From Macrostomum hystrix (lineage: Eukaryota; Animalia; Platyhelminthes): DNA of 64,000 nt. Position 1 is the stretch's first letter. The number at the start of each line of letters is the position of its first letter. The stretch spans positions 3,162,001 to 3,226,000 of the forward strand of contig CATNEN010000002.1 in NCBI GenBank assembly GCA_950097015.1, written 5' to 3'. This document shows, in pieces, positions 23,500 to 36,600 of this stretch. Both the position numbers and the translations under genes were made by a program. Below the pieces are notes generated by a model that was not told the origin of the DNA, did no database searches, and saw only the letters and a list, made by a program, of their open reading frames with translations.

Positions 23500-23830
23500 G
23501 CACCACATTGGATTTGGGGGAGGGCGCCACCTTGGATTTGGGGGAGGGCGCCACCTTGGATTTGGGGGAGGGCGCCACCTTGGATTTGAGGGAGGGCGCC
23601 ACCTTGGATTTGGGGGAGGGCGCCACCTTGGATTTGGGGGAGGGCGCCACCTTGGATTTGGGGGAGGGCGCCACCTTGGATTTGGGGGAGGGCGCCACCT
23701 TGGATTTGGGGGAGGGCGCCACCTTGGATTTGGGGGAGGGCGCCACCTTGGATTTGAGGGAGGGCGCCACCTTGGATTTTGGGGAGGGCGCCACCTTGTA
23801 TTTGAGGGAGGGCGCCACCTTGGATTTGTG
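23500..23830. repeat. 24-nt G-rich minisatellite (ccaccttggatttgggggagggcg), about 14 units
   Basis: Direct observation; produces the SPKSKVAP / GGGRHLGF pseudo-ORFs. Confidence 0.95.
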
Positions 23831-25171
23831 AGCCGTCGTTCATCCGATTCGGAAGGACGCCGGCCGCCCTTGTCCCATTCCCCTGGCTATAAGCCTCTGC
23901 AACAATCCTGATCATTGAATGTACATGGATGAGGCTGTCATTATATAAATGACACGAAGATAGCTCTTTGCTGTTAGTTGTCGGGGGCTAAAAAGAAGCA
24001 GAAGTCAAGGGCATATTTAATTATTAATTAGATTTTCCACACAAATTATAGAATTTTTATCTACCGCTGATCAAGTCATGTCTACACCACAGCGGGTGGC
24101 ATCGATTTTAATCCCCAGTTTTATCTATTTAAGTTTTGGGATGATGACCCTTATGCTCCACTTTGCATGCACTATTCAACCTCCATTAACTTAACGACAA
24201 AAAGGAAAATCAGTAAAGTGTTTAGTTTAGTACACTTACAAGCTAATGTTAAAAGCAGAGGAGTGTCCTAAATTGTTTAATGCTTTATAATGATATCGTC
24301 ATTTAAGATCCTTTAAAGTCTCAAATTCTCCCACTACAACAAAAAAGTGTCATCCCCATTCTAATTATAACTAGCCCGTTTGCTCTTTTTACAGTTTAAG
24401 TGCACCTGAAACTGAAAAGAAAGGAATTTAAGAATCTAAGTGATCCAAATTTCAAATAGAAAAAGTTATTTTTGCAGAAATTTTGAAAATACTAGTTATT
24501 TAACCTACTTATATTCGATTTTGTACAAAGTTTAACTGCGGAATTAATTAAGCCAAGAGCACGAGCGTTTAGTACTCTAGCTTTTGTTGATGAGAACCTA
24601 AGTCTAAATGCTTTTAAGCCAATAAGGTTGTTACCACTTTGTACCGAGTAAGGTTGATAATTGTGTACTTAACATAATCTACAAAGCAACATTTAGTTTT
24701 GTTTTATCTCTTGTAAAGTTTCTAATACCGAAGGCACTGAATTTGAAATTTTCGAATCACCAAGCCTCGCGACTCAAACAAGAGTGTTTGAAGGTAGCAT
24801 TCATGTTTTATTTAAGCCAAGGATAGCCTTGTAAAAATAAAAAATAATTAAGTATTTAGTAGAACTAAACTGACTACAATTTCTTATTTTGTAGCCGACC
24901 TACATCATATTTGGAAGTGCCTTTTTAGATCTATTACTCTGCTTGGGCTAGCTAGTTTGATTTTCTAATTTTGAATTCCTGATCAGCCAACGTCAAGTAA
25001 CTGCACTATTTTGCTAAAGACTGATCTATAAAACAAATTTAAGCAGCTTAAAGCTTAAAGCTTGACTCTGCTCAGATAGCAACTGAAGTCTGAATCTGAA
25101 GCCTAGGCTGTGGAACATTTCCTTTAAATAAGACTTTAGGCTATTTCACAAATTCATAAAAAATAAGCAAG

Positions 25172-28100
25172 ATGCATTCATTCATTGGTAAACATATTCT
25201 GAAAATGCAGAATTTGTCATGGTTTAAAGCATCAGTTAATGCAAAAAACATAAAGGTAAGCTAGCTAGTGATCTCTTTATAAGAATTTTGTTGGCTCCAT
25301 TTTTCTTAAAAATTGTAGGTAGATAGGCCTAACTTATCAATAATTTTGTTATTATTGTATAACTGATCTAGTTAATGAATAATAAATATAGTTTTTTGGA
25401 CTTAAATACTTTAGAAACAATAAGATTTTAATTCAATATTGTCCTTATTTTACATTTAGGTCTTTGCTGTTGCTGCATAGCTTTAATAAATATATATAAT
25501 ATCAATATATATATAATGGTGCATGACCAAGACTGTCACAGCTCAGACTGGCTCCACAGATAAGAAGAGGTCACCATATTATCCCCTTTTTAATTGGCCA
25601 AGATTAAGGTAAGGAAGGACTTTTTCGGAAGGTAGGGATTGGAGAACAAGGGAACATAGGTATTTATTTCAGGATATGCTTTGTGCCTAAAAATATGCTA
25701 TTTAAAATGAAATGATGATGTTTTACTATGATTTTTTTGTATAGCACAAAGTTATATTCTAATATGAAATAGCTTTGAGCCACGAGTAAAGTAGAGATCT
25801 AATAAGCTAATGACAATGTATATTTAAGCTAGCTAAAAATAGGCCTAGTAAGAACTCTCCATTAAAATTGTGACTTAGAATGTAAAAAAATTGAGATATA
25901 ATTATACAGTTTTTTTAATAAAAGTTTTATATAATTAGGTGATCTTTTGCCAGTGGCTCATTTCTCTCTATATATTGATGTATAGGCCTAGTCTACTTCT
26001 CTATCAGTTTTATTGTGAATCTATTCTAAACAAATTATTACTCATTATTTGTTCCCCTTCTACATTAACCTCTCTCTGTATCCACTTGCTATCTCCTTCC
26101 CCATGTCACCCTCTACCCTGGCCTTGCCCCCTCTGTCTCCCTCTTCTCCTCATTTTGCTGACTCCTGAGCATGCACAGACAGATACTATACACCAGCCTA
26201 TGCTTACACAGCTACGTACATCTGCCTTGAAATTTTCATCATCAGGCTGTGTACACTCTCACTGTGCCTTGGAGTTTGACCCTCAAGTGTGTAAAATTAG
26301 GTTTGCTTTAAGATTACTTTAGTGCTCAATTATTTTTGTAATAGAACTATAAGTGGATCTTAGTGTATGCCAAATCAATTATACTCAAGAGCTTTGGTGC
26401 CTATAGTCTTAGTAGAACCACTAGGTGTTTTAACTTAAAGCTAAAGTTTAAGTTTTAGAGAAGGGACAATCCATGTTTTTAATCCATATAACAAATATTT
26501 AGACAGTCATTTTTCTGACAGATAATTTTTTTGAACATTATTAATAAACTTTTTAAAGGCAAAATCTTTTTGATACTTAATTAACAAGCTTGTAAAGCTT
26601 AGGTTAAATAAAGCACCTGAGGATCTGGCAGAACAGTGGGTCTACATGAGGATGGGGAAAATAGTGGGTCTACATGAGGATCTGGGAGAACAGTGGGTCT
26701 ACCTGAGGATCTGGGAGAATAGTGGGTCTACCTGAGGATCTGGGAGAATAGTGGGTCTACATGAGGATCTGGGAGAACAGTGGGTCTACCTGAGGATCTG
26801 GGAGAATAGTGGGTCTACCTGAGGATCTGGGAGAACAGTGGGTCTACCTGAGGATCTGGGAGAACAGTGGGTCTACCTGAGGATCTGGGAGAACAGTGGG
26901 TCTACCTGAGGATCTGGGAGAACAGTGGGTCTACCTGAGGATCTGGGTGAACAGTGTGTCTTCCTGAGTATCTGGGAGAATAGTGGGTCTACCTGAGGAT
27001 CTGGGAGAACAGTGGGTCTACCTGAGTATCTGGGAGAACAGTGGGTCTACCTGAGTATCTGGGAGAACAGTGGGTCTACCTGAGGATCTGGGAGAACAGT
27101 GTGTCTTCCTGAGTATCTGGGAGAATAGTGGGTCTACCTGAGGATCTGGGAGAACAGTGGGTCTACCTGAGTATCTGGGAGAACAGTGGGTCTACCTGAG
27201 GATCTGGGAGAACAGTGGGTCTACCTGAGGATCTGGGAGAACAGTGGGTCTACCTGAGGATCTGGGAGAACAGTGGGTCTACCTGAGTATCTGGGAGAAT
27301 AGTGGGTCTACCTGAGGATCTGGGAGAATAGTGGGTCTACCTGAGGATCTGGGAGAACAGTGGGTCTACATGAGGATCTGGGAGAACAGTGGGTCTACAT
27401 GAGGATCTGGGAGAACAGTGGGTCTACATGAGGATCTGGGAGAACAGTGGGTCTACATGAGGATGGGGAAAATAGTGGGTCTACCTGAGGATCTGGGAGA
27501 ATAGTGGGTCTACCTGAAGATCTCGAAGAATAGTGGGTACACCTACATGAGGGTCTGGGAGAATTTGTGGGTCTACCTGAAGATCTCGGAGAATAGAGGG
27601 TAGACCTACATGAGGGTCTGGGAGAACAGTAGGTCTACCTGAGGATCTGGGAGAATAGTGGGTCTACCTGAGGATCTGGGAGAATAGTGGGTTTACCAGA
27701 GGATCTGGGAGAATAGTGGGTCTACCTGAGGATCTGGGAGAATAGTGGGTTTACCAGAGGATCTGGGAGAACAGTAGGTCTACCTGAGGATCTGGGAGAA
27801 TAGTGGGTCTACCTGAGGATCTGGGAGAATAGTGGGTTTACCAGAGGATCTGGGAGAATAGTGAGTTTACCTAAGGATGGGGGAGAACAGTGGCTTTACC
27901 TGAGGATGGGGAGAATAGTGGGTTTACCTGAGGATCTGGCAGATCCTTAGGATTTTTTCACAGTTTATTTAGTCATTAATATGCAAATGAATGCCTTGTA
28001 AAAAACTTCAACATCTAATTTGACAGCCGCAACTGGCCCAGCTGCACAGCTCTCAGTCCCTGTGGAAGCAGCTGGTCCAGTTTCGCTTATCAGACATTGG

Positions 28101-31100
28101 CGAAGGTATTCGCCAGGTCACCATCAAGGAGTGGTTTGTTAAGCCAGGCGATCGGGTAGCTCAATTTGACAGCATCTGCGAGGTGCAGAGTGACAAGGCA
28201 GCCGTCACTATTACATCCAGGTGTGTGATCATGTGACCATTTTGGACTTATATTCTAGAGACTTAATTTAACATAAAAATTTTTATATCTTTATTGATTC
28301 TAAATATATCTACGATTATTGTAGACAAGGGTTTGCGTCTTGTAGCTTTGAAGCGCCAGACGCCGGCTTAAAGGTCATGGGTTCGACTCACGACTACACA
28401 GAAATCAATTTGTGTCCTTTAGCAAGACACTTTACCATTCGTTGCTTCAGTTAAATGGGTTCCAGGATTAGCTGCGGTAATTAAGGGTGGTTGGTGTGAT
28501 TCCCTCAGTCTATGGATGGCTGTGCCGCTGACTGTATATTACGCAGAACTTGGTTAAGTTTAGCTTCGATTTTAAAACACGCAATTTCTCAGCACTGTTA
28601 ATAGCCATAATAATAGATTATAACTACCCCAATCGGGTCAGATGTGCAGCCGAAAGCACAGCCGCAGCTATTGCGCGGCGCATCTGAAGGCTGCGTACGG
28701 CTGTTCAGTCCATGGACAGGTTGGACGCCACACCTGCCCTACATTATCCCAGCTGATGCTGATACCAATTTAACTGCTGGGTGAACTGAAGAAATGTAGA
28801 GTAAAGTGTCTTGCTAAGGGACACAAGTTGCACACAAGAGGAGTCTGACGCTCTAACCACTAGGCTACAACCTCCCATGAGCCCAGGTTCAACCCATAGA
28901 TAAGATTCCTGCAGTGCAGTCAGCTATTTGTAGACTTCCTTGAAAGGCAATTAAACGAATGCCTCCCAGGTACGATGGCATCATCAAGAAGCTCTACTAC
29001 TCTGTCGATGACACCGGGCACGTCGGTCAGCCTCTAGTCGACATTGAAGTTGAAGAAGAGGCCGAAACTGAGAACAGCGACAGCGAAGACGCTGACGACG
29101 ATGCGAGCGAAGGCGCCGGAGCCTCCAAAGCCAGCGTCGGCGGCAGCGGCCAGCAGCAGCAGGTGGGCGGCGGTCGCGCACTCGCCACACCGGCTGTTCG
29201 TCGTTTAGCTGCCGAGCATCGCCTCGATCTGGCCAGCATTGTTGGCACCGGTAGAGACGGTCGAGTATTGAAGGAGGACGTCCTGGCTTACCTGGCCAAG
29301 GGGACAGCAGCCACCGGGGCTGCTTCAGCGAAGATCTCCCAGCCAGTGTCGGCTGCGGCAACATCTGCTTCAACCTCTAGACAAGCTGCGCCGCAACCCC
29401 CGCCGCCGCCGCCATCGCAGGCGCCCGTCGCTGCCTCGTCCGCTTCGGATCGCAAGGCCCCGATTCGCGGAGTTCAGAAGGCCATGTTCCAGAGCATGAC
29501 TCAGGCTGCCAGCATTCCACACTTCACTTATAGCGATGAGGTGGACCTGACTCGACTGTTCCAGTGGAGAAAGAGGCTTAACAAATCGGCCGAAGTTGCC
29601 ACTGCATCCGGTGGCGGCCTGACCTTCATGCCGTTCTTTCTCAAAGCTATGTCGCTAGCACTGAGGGACCAGCCAGTGCTCAACTCTCACCTGCTTGAAG
29701 AAGATCATTTGCTCATTAAGGTAAGCTGTTTGTAATGAGTCAGGTAGAACTCAAGCAGAGCTGCCTTTAACTCAATCATAGATCCCCAATTCAAGCTTCC
29801 ATTTATTAAGATTCTCAATAATTTTCCCAGATCCTCAGGTAGACCCACTATTCTCCCAGATCCTCATGTAGACCCACTGTTCTCCCAGATCCTCATGTAG
29901 ACCCACTATTCTCCCAGATCCTAATGTAGACCCACTGTTCTCCCAGATCCTCAGGTAGACCCACTGTTCTCCCAGATCCTCAGGTAGACCCCCTATTCTC
30001 CCAGATCCTCATGTAGACACACTGTTCTCCCAGATCATCATGTAGACCCCCTATTCTCCCAGATCCTCATGTAGAACCACTATTCTCCCAGATCCTCATG
30101 TAGAACCACTGTTCTCCAAGATCCCCAGGTAGACCCACTGTTCTCCAAGATCCTCATGTAGAGTCGTAGACCCACTGTTCTCCCAGATCCTCATGTAGAC
30201 CCACTGCTCTCCCAGATCCTCATGTAGACCCACTGCTCTCCCAGATCCTCATGTAGACCCACTGCTCTCCCATATCCTCATGTAGACCCACTGCTCTCCC
30301 AGATCCTCATGTAGACCCACTGCTCTCCCATATCCTCATGTAGACCCACTATTCTCCCAGATCCTCATGTAGACCCACTGTTCTCCCAGATCCTCATGTA
30401 GACACTGTTCTCCCAGATCCTCATGTAAACCCACTATTATCACATGCCCTCCGATTAAAATTTAAAACCCAACCCCAACTCGCAGGCCAATCACAACATT
30501 GGCGTAGCCGTTGACTCGCCCGCCGGCCTGTTGGTGCCGTGCGTGCACAGTGTTGAGCAGCTGAGCATTCTGGAAATCTCAGCCCGTCTGCGCGGCCTCG
30601 TTGATGCCGGCCGGTCTGGCAAGCTGACGCCAGCCCAGCTGACTGGGGGCACCATCGCATTGTCCAACATTGGCAATATCGGTGGCACCTACACTAAGCC
30701 GGTGATTCTGCCGCCTCAGGTGAGTTTGCCTTCATCTTTTATCTACTTACAGGTGTGCATTGTGCTTGTAGCCTTGTGTTTAGAGCGTCGGACTCACGAC
30801 TTGAAGGTCGGGGGTTCGAACCCGACTCCACTGGAACAATTTGTGTCCCATAGCAAGACTCTTAACTCTTCATTGCTTCAGTTCTCCTGCTTCGGTAGAG
30901 GTTACCCAGCTTTTAAACAGGTACCAGCATTAGCTGGGGTAATTGAGGATTGGGTGTGGAGTCTCTCCAGCCCATGGACTGAAAAGCTGTACGCATCCTT
31001 CAGATTCGCCGCGCAATAGCTGCACATGTCGGCTGCACATGTGTCCCAATTGGGCCAGGTTTAATCAAATATTATTATTATTATTAATAGGTGTATAGGT

Positions 31101-31421
31101 GCTCCCTAACCACTGGACTCCATAGCCTCATACTATGAATATTTTTGGCCTACCCCCCTTTGGCCTATCTCTTTCGATATATATAGAAAGACCTAAATTC
31201 AATGACATCATTTTGGTATCTAGGTGTGCATCGGCGCCGTTGGCCGAGCCCGCCCGCTGCCTCGTTTTGATTCCAACGGCTCAGTCACAGCCGCACAGAT
31301 AATGTGCGTGTCCTGGTCAGCCGATCATCGAGTTATCGACGGCGCCACTGTGGCCAGATTCAGCAACCGGTGGAAGGAGCTGCTGGAACATCCGGAGCAT
31401 TTCCTGCTGCATCTCAAATAG
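25172..31421 (+). CDS. DBT: Branched-chain alpha-keto acid dehydrogenase E2 (dihydrolipoamide branched-chain transacylase)
   Basis: Exons 25172-25255 (putative mitochondrial presequence, least certain), 28027-28220 (lipoyl domain FRLSDIGEG...CEVQSDKA), 28970-29720 (ATPAVRRLA...[13 protein letters not shown]), 30486-30719 and 31224-31421 ([12 protein letters not shown]). Total 1461 nt, in frame, 486 aa. Confidence 0.92.
26155..26300 (-). mobile_element. SINE family 2, partial internal copy
   Basis: ctgactcctgagca...gtacatctgcc...gtgtacactctcactgtgccttggag...ccctcaagtgt matches 32876-32990. Confidence 0.6.
26620..27950 (+). repeat. 29-nt minisatellite (ctgaggatctgggagaa[c/t]agtgggtctac), about 45 units, DBT intron 1
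   Basis: Direct observation. Confidence 0.97.
28335..28525 (+). mobile_element. SINE family 1 copy (tRNA head plus CORE-like segment), DBT intron 2
   Basis: gggttcgactc B box followed by tgtgtcctttagcaagacacttt...cttcagttaaatggg. Confidence 0.7.
28640..28870 (-). mobile_element. SINE family 1 copy, inverted, DBT intron 2
   Basis: aagtgtcttgctaagggacaca and gctattgcgcggcgcatctgaaggctgcgtacggctgttcagtccatgga are reverse complements of 62495-62760 segments. Confidence 0.8.
29825..30430 (-). repeat. Reverse complement of the 29-nt intron-1 minisatellite (gtagacccact[g/a]ttctcccagatcctca[g/t]), about 21 units, DBT intron 3
   Basis: The unit is the exact reverse complement of the 26620-27950 unit, including the same variable positions. 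Confidence 0.97.
30775..31045 (+). mobile_element. SINE family 1 copy, DBT intron 4
   Basis: ttagagcgtcggactcacgacttgaaggtcgggggttcgaacc, gtgtcccatagcaagactctt, ccatggactgaaaagctgtacgca. Confidence 0.8.
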
Positions 31422-32789
31422 CTGACGAGTCTGCATAGCGACCCGGACAATTGGAAAATTGAAATTCAGTTTTATGGTAACTTTTTGATTTCGTTACTGT
31501 TAGTAGCATGATGGGGTTCGACTTAAAATATACAGAAACTGTAACTTTTTTCTCGTTGGATCAAATTGTTTTTCCTAGCTTTGCTCTATATGTAAATAAG
31601 GTATTCGATAATTCAACCACAGATTAAGCACCTCTAGTGTATTATACTTGTTTAGCCCATCCGATATGTGTTGAAAAAGACAAATCATGTCACTTTAATT
31701 TTCATATTATGGGTCTTAGCGACGAAGTTAACATGCATTAACAAGTAAATTTGAGTCGTTTTAAAAGCAAACATTTCTGAGCTTCTTTCAGATTTTGAAG
31801 CAGACACTTTAAGCAACATTAACATTTTTTATTTAGGAATCTCTTTTTTCAGAAATTCACTTTAATATTGCGTACATGTCCCTACTACTCTACTAACAGT
31901 GCAAAACTAGCCAATTATGATTCAAATATGTAAAAAAAATTAGCGACTTTTACCACAAGAGCTGTTGTTGAATTTTTATTCAAGCAAATAATAACGAACT
32001 TGTCTTGTATTGGACTTATTGCTGGTTTGCATAACTCACAGTAAAATGCGCCATTTAGCTTTCCTTAGTTAACTTTCAGCTTAACTTTTGCGTTAACATT
32101 CTTTAAAGATAAAATTAAAAAAATGGTCATTCCTTGCTTCCATAAAATATACAAAATTGGTTAGCTTTAGTACCTAGAATACACGTAGTCCTCAATTCTC
32201 TTTTTTGAGTCATTTTCCAACAAAAAATTGTGGCTGATTGTAACAGTCTTACCACTTCTTGTTTAAAATTTCAAATTGTCAAAAATTTCATGAGGTGCTT
32301 ATATTTGCATCACAGAAAATTGTCACAAAATGTCTTTCATGCTTGCTGCAGATAGTAATGTAGCTTGTAAATGGGTTCAGAAATGTCATGTACAAGAGAT
32401 GCTATTAATAATTTGAGTAACGGAATGAACGTTAAACGTGCATAGGCAATGAACAATGTGCGCAACTTATGTACTGATTAAATATGATGATACGTATTGG
32501 AAAAGCTATAGTGATTGCTTAGAGTATAATGTGCATAAAACAAATGATAGATTACTAAAAAGTCTTATTCCTACTATTGCGAACGCGTAGGATGTTTTAC
32601 AGTCTTGATAAACCCGTTGAGTAGCATACACACGGGAAGTTAATGACGCAGCTTTGCCTAACTAGGCATCACAACACACCACAACCGAAATTGCGCGCAT
32701 GAGTTTAGCAATTTAGTGCAGATAAAGAAACTAGATTAATTGCCTGCACCTGCAATATTAACGCCAATGAAGCAGAACCTTAGTTCAAA

Positions 32790-33122
32790 TAATAATTGCA
32801 GGAGGGCTGCGGGCAATGGCACATCATAAATCTACTGTGACACTAGACCCGCAGGAGGCGATTCTGCCAATTTCGCTGACTCCTGAGCACACACGCACAC
32901 AGGTGTGTACATCTGCCCTGACTTTCTCATCATCAGACAGTGTACACTCTACTCGTAACTGTGCCTTGGAGGTTGGCCCTCAAGTGTATAAATTGCACAA
33001 CAAGCCCCCAAGCCTTCTCTCCGCGGCTGCGCCACAATTTAACGTGGCCTCGCCGCGGAATCGAGCTCAGGGACCTTGGTGCGAGAGGCAAACGCGTTAA
33101 CCGCTCTGCCACTGGCCCCTCC
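32790..33122 (-). mobile_element. SINE family 2, near full-length (tRNA-Glu-like head, (ATT)n tail)
   Basis: Reverse complement begins ggggccagtggcagagcggttaacgcgtttgcctctcgcaccaaggtccctgagctcgattccg (A/B boxes, CTC anticodon-like loop) and ends in attattattt. Confidence 0.75.
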
Positions 33123-33697
33123 CCTGAACTTCTGGCTTGGAACCGGTTATTCTGCGATGAGAATTTCACATTTAAAGACTTTCAAAGAATAATCAAGATA
33201 AAAAATGTTCGATTAGCAACCAAATGAAACTTAAACAGAAAAAACTAAGCATAAATTATATACGAATAAATACTGGAAGTTACTGTGTGCGCATTTCAAA
33301 AAACTCAGCATGGGCCCATATTTAGTGATCCTGGCGGTCAAATGTACTTTAAATTACCAAAGTACTCGTAGATTCGGGACGTTGCACTCGAGCTAGCTCG
33401 TATGATTGAACCATCGACAAATAACTTGTTTGTTTATTCAATAATTAAGGAAACTGAAAGGAACAAATCAGTAAAAAATAGTCACGTACAACCACACCCA
33501 CTCAAATACTAACGATTCAACTAGCTGGGACAAAAGCTTAAGTACAAATGCCCTTTTAGAACACGTACATTTTAAAATTAGTGTAAAAGTTCAATGTACT
33601 TAAAGTTTAGCAGACCATAAAATACTTTTCACAGATGAAGCGCGAGTGCAGCGTCCTTCTTCTAGTGGTCCTTGTGCACTTCATAATTAATAGCAGT

Positions 33698-36600
33698 CTA
33701 GCAATCCTCAAGCATCTCGGGTTCAACCCAATCTGCTGGCACCCAGCGCCCTTCGGCCTCCGCGGTGGCCACCAAATTGAGCACATCCGTCTGCACACTG
33801 AGCAGGCTGTCGCAGAGAATCGCAGCGTCAAACACCGGTCTGTAGAGCTTCTCTAACAGGACGCTCTGACGAATCGCCTCCTGAAGCTGCTGTTCCGTGC
33901 CCGCCTCGCAGGACCCTGGCACGAGGCCGAGCGACTTCGCTTCAGCCAGAAGGTCGCGCTGTGCTGCCACATCCGGCGTGGCCAGAAATACGACTAGGGG
34001 CCGGAATTCCGGACGTCGAAGACGGCGTACAGCTGACGGATGACAGTCGATCACGGCGGTGGGGCGCTCGGCTTGACCAGAAGTATCGCCGCGAGAGGCC
34101 AGATCCCGGATGGACTCCAGACTGAGGCCAATTAGCTCTCCACTGAGGGAGATTGGTTCATGGCAGATAGGGGACTTAGATAAAGACACTCTAGGAACTG
34201 GGGTGAAGTCAACCCATAGACACTCTAGGAACTGGGGTGAAGTCAACCCATAGACACTCTAGGAACTGGGGTGAAGTCAACCCATAGACACTCTAGGAAC
34301 TGGGGTGAAGTCAACCCATAGACACTCTAGGAACTGGGGTGAAGTCAACCCATAGACACTCTAGGAACTGGGGTGAAGTCAACCCATAGACACTCTAGGA
34401 ACTGGGGTGAAGTCAACCCATAGACACTCTAGGAACTGGGGTGAAGTCAACCCATAGACACTCTAGGAACTGGGGTGAAGTCAACCCATAGACACTCTAG
34501 GAACTGGGGTGAAGTCAACCCATAGACACTCTAGGAACTGGGGTGAAGTCAACCCAAGGACACTCTAGGAACTGGGGTGAAGTCAACCCATAGACACTCT
34601 AGGAACTGGGGTGAAGTCAACCCATAGACACTCTAGGAACTGGGGTGAAGTCAACCCATAGATATTCTAGGAACTGGGGTGAAGTCAACCCATAGACACT
34701 CTAGGAACTGGGGTGAAGTCAACCCATAGACACTCTAGGAACTGGGGTGAAGTCAACCCATAGACACTCTAGGAACTGGGGTGAAGTCAACCCATAGACA
34801 CTCTAGGAACTGGGGTGAAGTCAACCCATAGACACTCTAGGAACTGGGGTGAAGTCAACCCATAGACACTCTAGGAACTGGGGTGAAGTCAACCCATAGA
34901 CACTCTAGGAACTGGGGTGAAGTCAACCCATAGACACTCTAGGAACTGGGGTGAAGTCAACCCATAGACACTCTAGGAACTGGGGTGAAGTCAACCCATA
35001 GACACTCTAGGAACTGGGGTGAAGTCAACCCATAGATATTCTAGGAACTGGGGATAACAGAATCAGTTTTCGCACCTTTCGCCGCCAACGCCAGTGCCAG
35101 CGCCGAGTTTTTGAAACTCGACGAACTCTCCAGCGGTGACAGCCTTCAGCATGTCTTGCCTGGGCATGAAGGCGTAGTCTGTACCCTCCAGGCCAATTCG
35201 ATCCGGGTCGCTGGTGGTCAGGCGCGGACCGGCAAACTTCAAAGGATACTGCTGGCATAGGCGGCGACGAAGTAGGTCGCGGCTGACACCGGCTGGGCCC
35301 GTCAGAACCAGCAGCTGCAGCGGCGACGGCGGCAGCCTGGCGACGTCTTCGTACAGGACCAGCTCAGTGCGGTCGAACTCGGCCGCCGATCGGGCACGAA
35401 AGATCGCTGGCTTCTGGGTGTGCAGCTTCGTGTACAGCTGCTTCACTGACGGCGGTTTTGGGGAGGGGGCGAAGTTTTTCTTTCAGATTGTCACTCTGTA
35501 GCTCACTGTCACTCTATAGCTCATTGTCACTCTGTAGCTCATTGTCACTCTAGAGCCCATTGTCACTCTGTAGCTCACTGTCACTCTATAGCTCATTGTC
35601 ACTCTGTAGCTCACTGTCACTCTATAGCTCATTGTCACTCTATAGCTCATTGTCACTCTATAGCTCATTGTCACTCTATAGCACATTGTCACTCTAGAGC
35701 TCATTGTCACTCTCTAGCTCATTGTCTCTCTGTAACTCATTGTCACTCTGTAGCTCATTGTCACTCTGTAGCTCATTGTCACTCTGTAGCTCATTGTCAC
35801 TCTAGAGCCCATTGTCACTCTCTAGCTCATTGTCTCTCTAGAGCTCATTGTCACTCTATAGCTCATTGTCACTCTGTAGCTCATAGCCAAAGCCAAGCTG
35901 TCCTTGGCGTTAAATTTAGCCCTACTAGGCTAGGATCTGTCACTAAAAAATGTCCTTGTGTCAGCCAGCCAATCCAAGCACTCACGCTTCTCAGTTGGGC
36001 CTGGCACGATTCGGCTGGCCGGACAGAATGCCTTGCGTCGTTCTTCAAGCGTCTGCGACGGGATGAGGCGGGCGGCCTCGCGCGGCCGTGACACCGGGCG
36101 GGCCTGCCAGTAGGCGGGGTCGAGCTGGTCAACCACCTCAAGCACGTCGCCGTGTCGGAAGCGCAGCCCGAGCTCCGGGCTGGGCAGCAGAGGGTCCCTC
36201 TCCGGCTGATAGTCGAAGCACGCACGCAGAAGCCGCGGCGCCGGCGTCGGAGGTGGCGGCGGCGACATTGGCGACACCGGCAGCGTCTCCGACTCGATGC
36301 GAAGCGTCACCCGGCCGACGGACTGGCGGAGCAGCCGCTGAAGAGCCTCCGGCGTCTCCATCGGCTGGCCGTTGGCCTCTCGGATGATGTCGCCAGGTCG
36401 GAGGCCGCCAGCAACATCAGCCTGGCTGCCAGCTAGCACGCGGGCCACAGCGATGGCTGGCCGGGGCGAAGCCGACAATGACGACGATGATGCGGTACCG
36501 TCATTGCCGTTGGTGGCGTTGGCAGCGCGTTGGGTGCCTGCGCCCGACGAAGAGGCTGCCGAATTCGGGCAGATGCAGCGTACGGCGGTGAAGCCGAGCG

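Noticed and set aside
23387-23915. Repeat-derived ORFs (SPKSKVAP, GGGRHLGF, LDLGEGAT); likewise 5845-6108, 7467-8166, 35483-35710, 39856-40397 and 60368-60904
   Set aside because: These are stop-free translations of minisatellites, mostly inside introns defined by neighbouring exon phases.
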